Made by a program: the position numbers and the translations under genes
Origin: Chrysomallon squamiferum
Taxonomy: Eukaryota > Animalia > Mollusca
DNA length: 64,000 nt
Assembly: GCA_012295275.1 (NCBI GenBank)
Contig: CM022665.1
Coordinates: 36,828,001-36,892,000, forward strand
Direction of reading: 5' to 3'
The notes under the pieces: model-generated
What the model was told of the DNA's origin: nothing
What the model saw: the letters and a program-made list of their open reading frames with translations, nothing else
Databases searched by the model: none
Shown here: piece by piece, positions 56,304 through 64,000 of the stretch
How positions within the stretch are numbered: position 1 is the first letter of the stretch
Layout of the letters: each line of letters opens with the position of its first letter

Positions 56304-57239
56304 CTTAATTCAGGGTTTTCATCTTAAATTTAAAAAATATATATATATGTATATAAAGTTATTTTTTATGTCAGGTATTATAATTTTGCATTATTTGAAC
56401 ACAAGTACTGAATCTCCTGATTTTGTCAATGAATTTTTATTCATGATTTGTATTCTGCTACAAACAATAATATATTTTAATTTTTACCATTAACTACAAT
56501 AAAGGTTTGTTTTTAGTTTGGTTGTTTTATATCAAACAATATATTCACACAACACAAAGATAATTTGCAATCAAATATTATATATACTTAGAAGAATGTG
56601 TTTATTAATTATTCAATATCAGTACTCTGAAAATCAAATTAACGGTTTTGGGTATATGCTCTAGGTATGTGCGTATATGCATGCATACATGTGAATAAGT
56701 ATTAACCTGATCAAACTTCCTATTCAATTACAAACAGCACTAAACAACTAACAAAATGACAGCAAAATGATCAAAATATATTAATAAATAAAATAAGTTA
56801 TGGACATTTTAATTCTGTTAAAAATCTGATCTCTATGATTTAGCAATGACAGAATGGCAAAAAAAAATATTCTGTATTTCCTTTTATTTTCAAGATAACC
56901 AAATGAAAGTTTCTCGATAATTATACTGAGGTATCAACTATACAGAGTACTATTACTTCAGAATAATAAAATAAATATTGTTTAAATGAATGGCAAGCAG
57001 GAAGATAGCAATCACTAAACTCACAATATATTTTATCTAAAATGTTATTTTGGTCTTATTTTACAAGTTCTGTAAGATTTGATGGAAATATAATGGTTTA
57101 ATCGATTCGGGATAAAGAACTATTTTCATTGAATTTCATTCGCCATTACGCTCCATCAAGTTAAAACCCACCTTCACAATTACATTTGAATGAAATTTCG
57201 TCAGTTTCTTGTTTAAATGTTATAATAAATTTAAATCTC

Positions 57240-57955
57240 GTTAAGAAAACAGTAAATAATTGCGCCGACCTGACGAAAAACCTCCATTTCGAAGATAGAC
57301 GTCTGCACATTCATAACGCTCTGCAGTAACGGAAAAAATGACGTCATCGAAATTCTAAATTGTAATATGCCTACGTAATTCAAACTGATACTCACTGTAA
57401 CTCAGTGATTTCTCTAAATTAATGATTCAATTTAATTTTATATTAACTTGATATAATTTCAAACATTTAAACTAACCCTCGAGAACTTCAAAATATTTCT
57501 GCACTACATTTTACCAGATATCTTTTTCAATAAGATAAGTTATGATCGTGTTACAAAACTTGTTCAAATTTTTAAACGTTGCGCATTTCACGTCTGCCGC
57601 TTCTAAAGGGAAAGAACTCTGGAAATTTCTGTCGTGTTATTGCCCACCACAGCTGAAAGAGACCCAATAAATAACCATCGCAAAAGGAAGACAATTCAAT
57701 ATTATCCAGTTTTCAGATACAAAATCTACAGTATTTTAGCCAGTCATTAAATTTTAAAATCAATACTATCAGATATTTAAATGTTTAAATTAGTACTGCA
57801 CGCTCTGAAAATATTTGCTGAAGGCTTCATAGCATCAAAGTGAAGATTAAAGATAGCACAAAATAGAAAATGTTTGTTTTTTGTGCCAGGGTGTTCTACA
57901 TTTTTTCTTTTTGTTCTTGCTTCTGATTTTTAAAAATATTTTTTTATTTATTTTA

Positions 57956-58001
<46 letters not shown>

Positions 58002-58670
58002 GTTGTTGTTGTTGTTGTTGTTGTTGTTTTGTGTTTTGGGGGTATTTTTTATTTTTGGTTTTTTTATTTGTTTTTTGGGGGGAGGTTGGTCTCGAAGGTT
58101 TAATAATATTCTTTTAGTAGCACTTTCTTTCTTTCATTTATTTTTTTTTATTATTATTATTTTTATTATTATTTTATCAAACGATGAGAAAACGGGTGTC
58201 GTAGAATTAATATATATATATATGCATGATTAAGTTGTATTAAAAGTCGCAAAATCTTTATGAAAACACTGTTCAGTTTTTGTTATGCATCACAGAAGTA
58301 AATAACAGTGAGGATGAATATAATTATAACATACGTAAGACACTAACGAAGCTTGGTTTCATGTTTGAAACTGGTAACGGCTTCATTTTGCTCCAGATCC
58401 ACCAATAACTAACTATTCGTTACGCCACCTTACGGTCGCAATCAGAACTATAATTATTGTATGGGATTTGCGATTTGAGGAAAGCTGAAAATGTGTCAAA
58501 TCCTCTAGATATCGCGTTAAACTACGATAATATAATAGTCAAACAACTGATTTAATATGTTATTTTGGACAATAAAGGGAAGTACAGTGGCTGTAAGTAT
58601 GTTAGATCGCGTTCTTCTGTTCTAAGTTGGTGTGTATTTTGCTCCTTTCTTGAAAAACAAAAAAAAAAGT
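57240..58670. promoter_or_regulatory. Putative bidirectional promoter region between MCM8 and the ZNF839-like gene
   Basis: Divergent gene starts; locally CpG-enriched patches (~57240-57380, 57570-57690, 58370-58690); perfect palindromic CRE ATGACGTCAT at 57338-57347; minus-strand donor CAG|gtcggc at 57270 for a first MCM8 exon; YY1-like ATGGCGG at the ZNF839-like start. Confidence 0.55.
57955..58028. repeat. (TAT)n-(TGT)n compound microsatellite
   Basis: Directly visible. Confidence 0.95.
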
Positions 58671-63918
<5,248 letters not shown>

Positions 63919-64000
63919 GTAATGAAGGATAATGTAAATAAATTGTTATTGCTAATTTTATCATTATAATTATTATTTGTTTATTTTTTGATGATTCATT

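Overview
AT-rich, intron-rich metazoan genomic DNA (invertebrate-like; taxon not determinable from the sequence), with three protein-coding genes and one large gene-derived tandem array. (1) An intact 3-coding-exon, 193-aa ARF/ARL-family small GTPase on + (4859-7001) with non-canonical G-box residues. (2) Immediately downstream, a ~32 kb head-to-tail array (~7.9-40.1 kb) with 29 countable degenerate copies of this gene's intron-1 end plus exon 2. Each copy is fused to a piece of the gene's 3' flank and to a 42-44 bp minisatellite. The array has a ~1.0 kb homogenised core and ~2.18, 2.04 and ~2.72 kb higher-order repeats; the copies I aligned share one founding frameshift. (3) A complete 28-coding-exon MCM8 on - (56303-41350, 846 aa by manual splicing), converging on the array. 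(4) A ZNF839-like zinc-finger gene on + (from 58671, running off the window), head-to-head with MCM8, with an apparent 1-nt frameshift in its first coding exon. The most novel element is the satellite array born from a GTPase pseudo-exon. All gene models and alignments were made by eye; no database searches were run.
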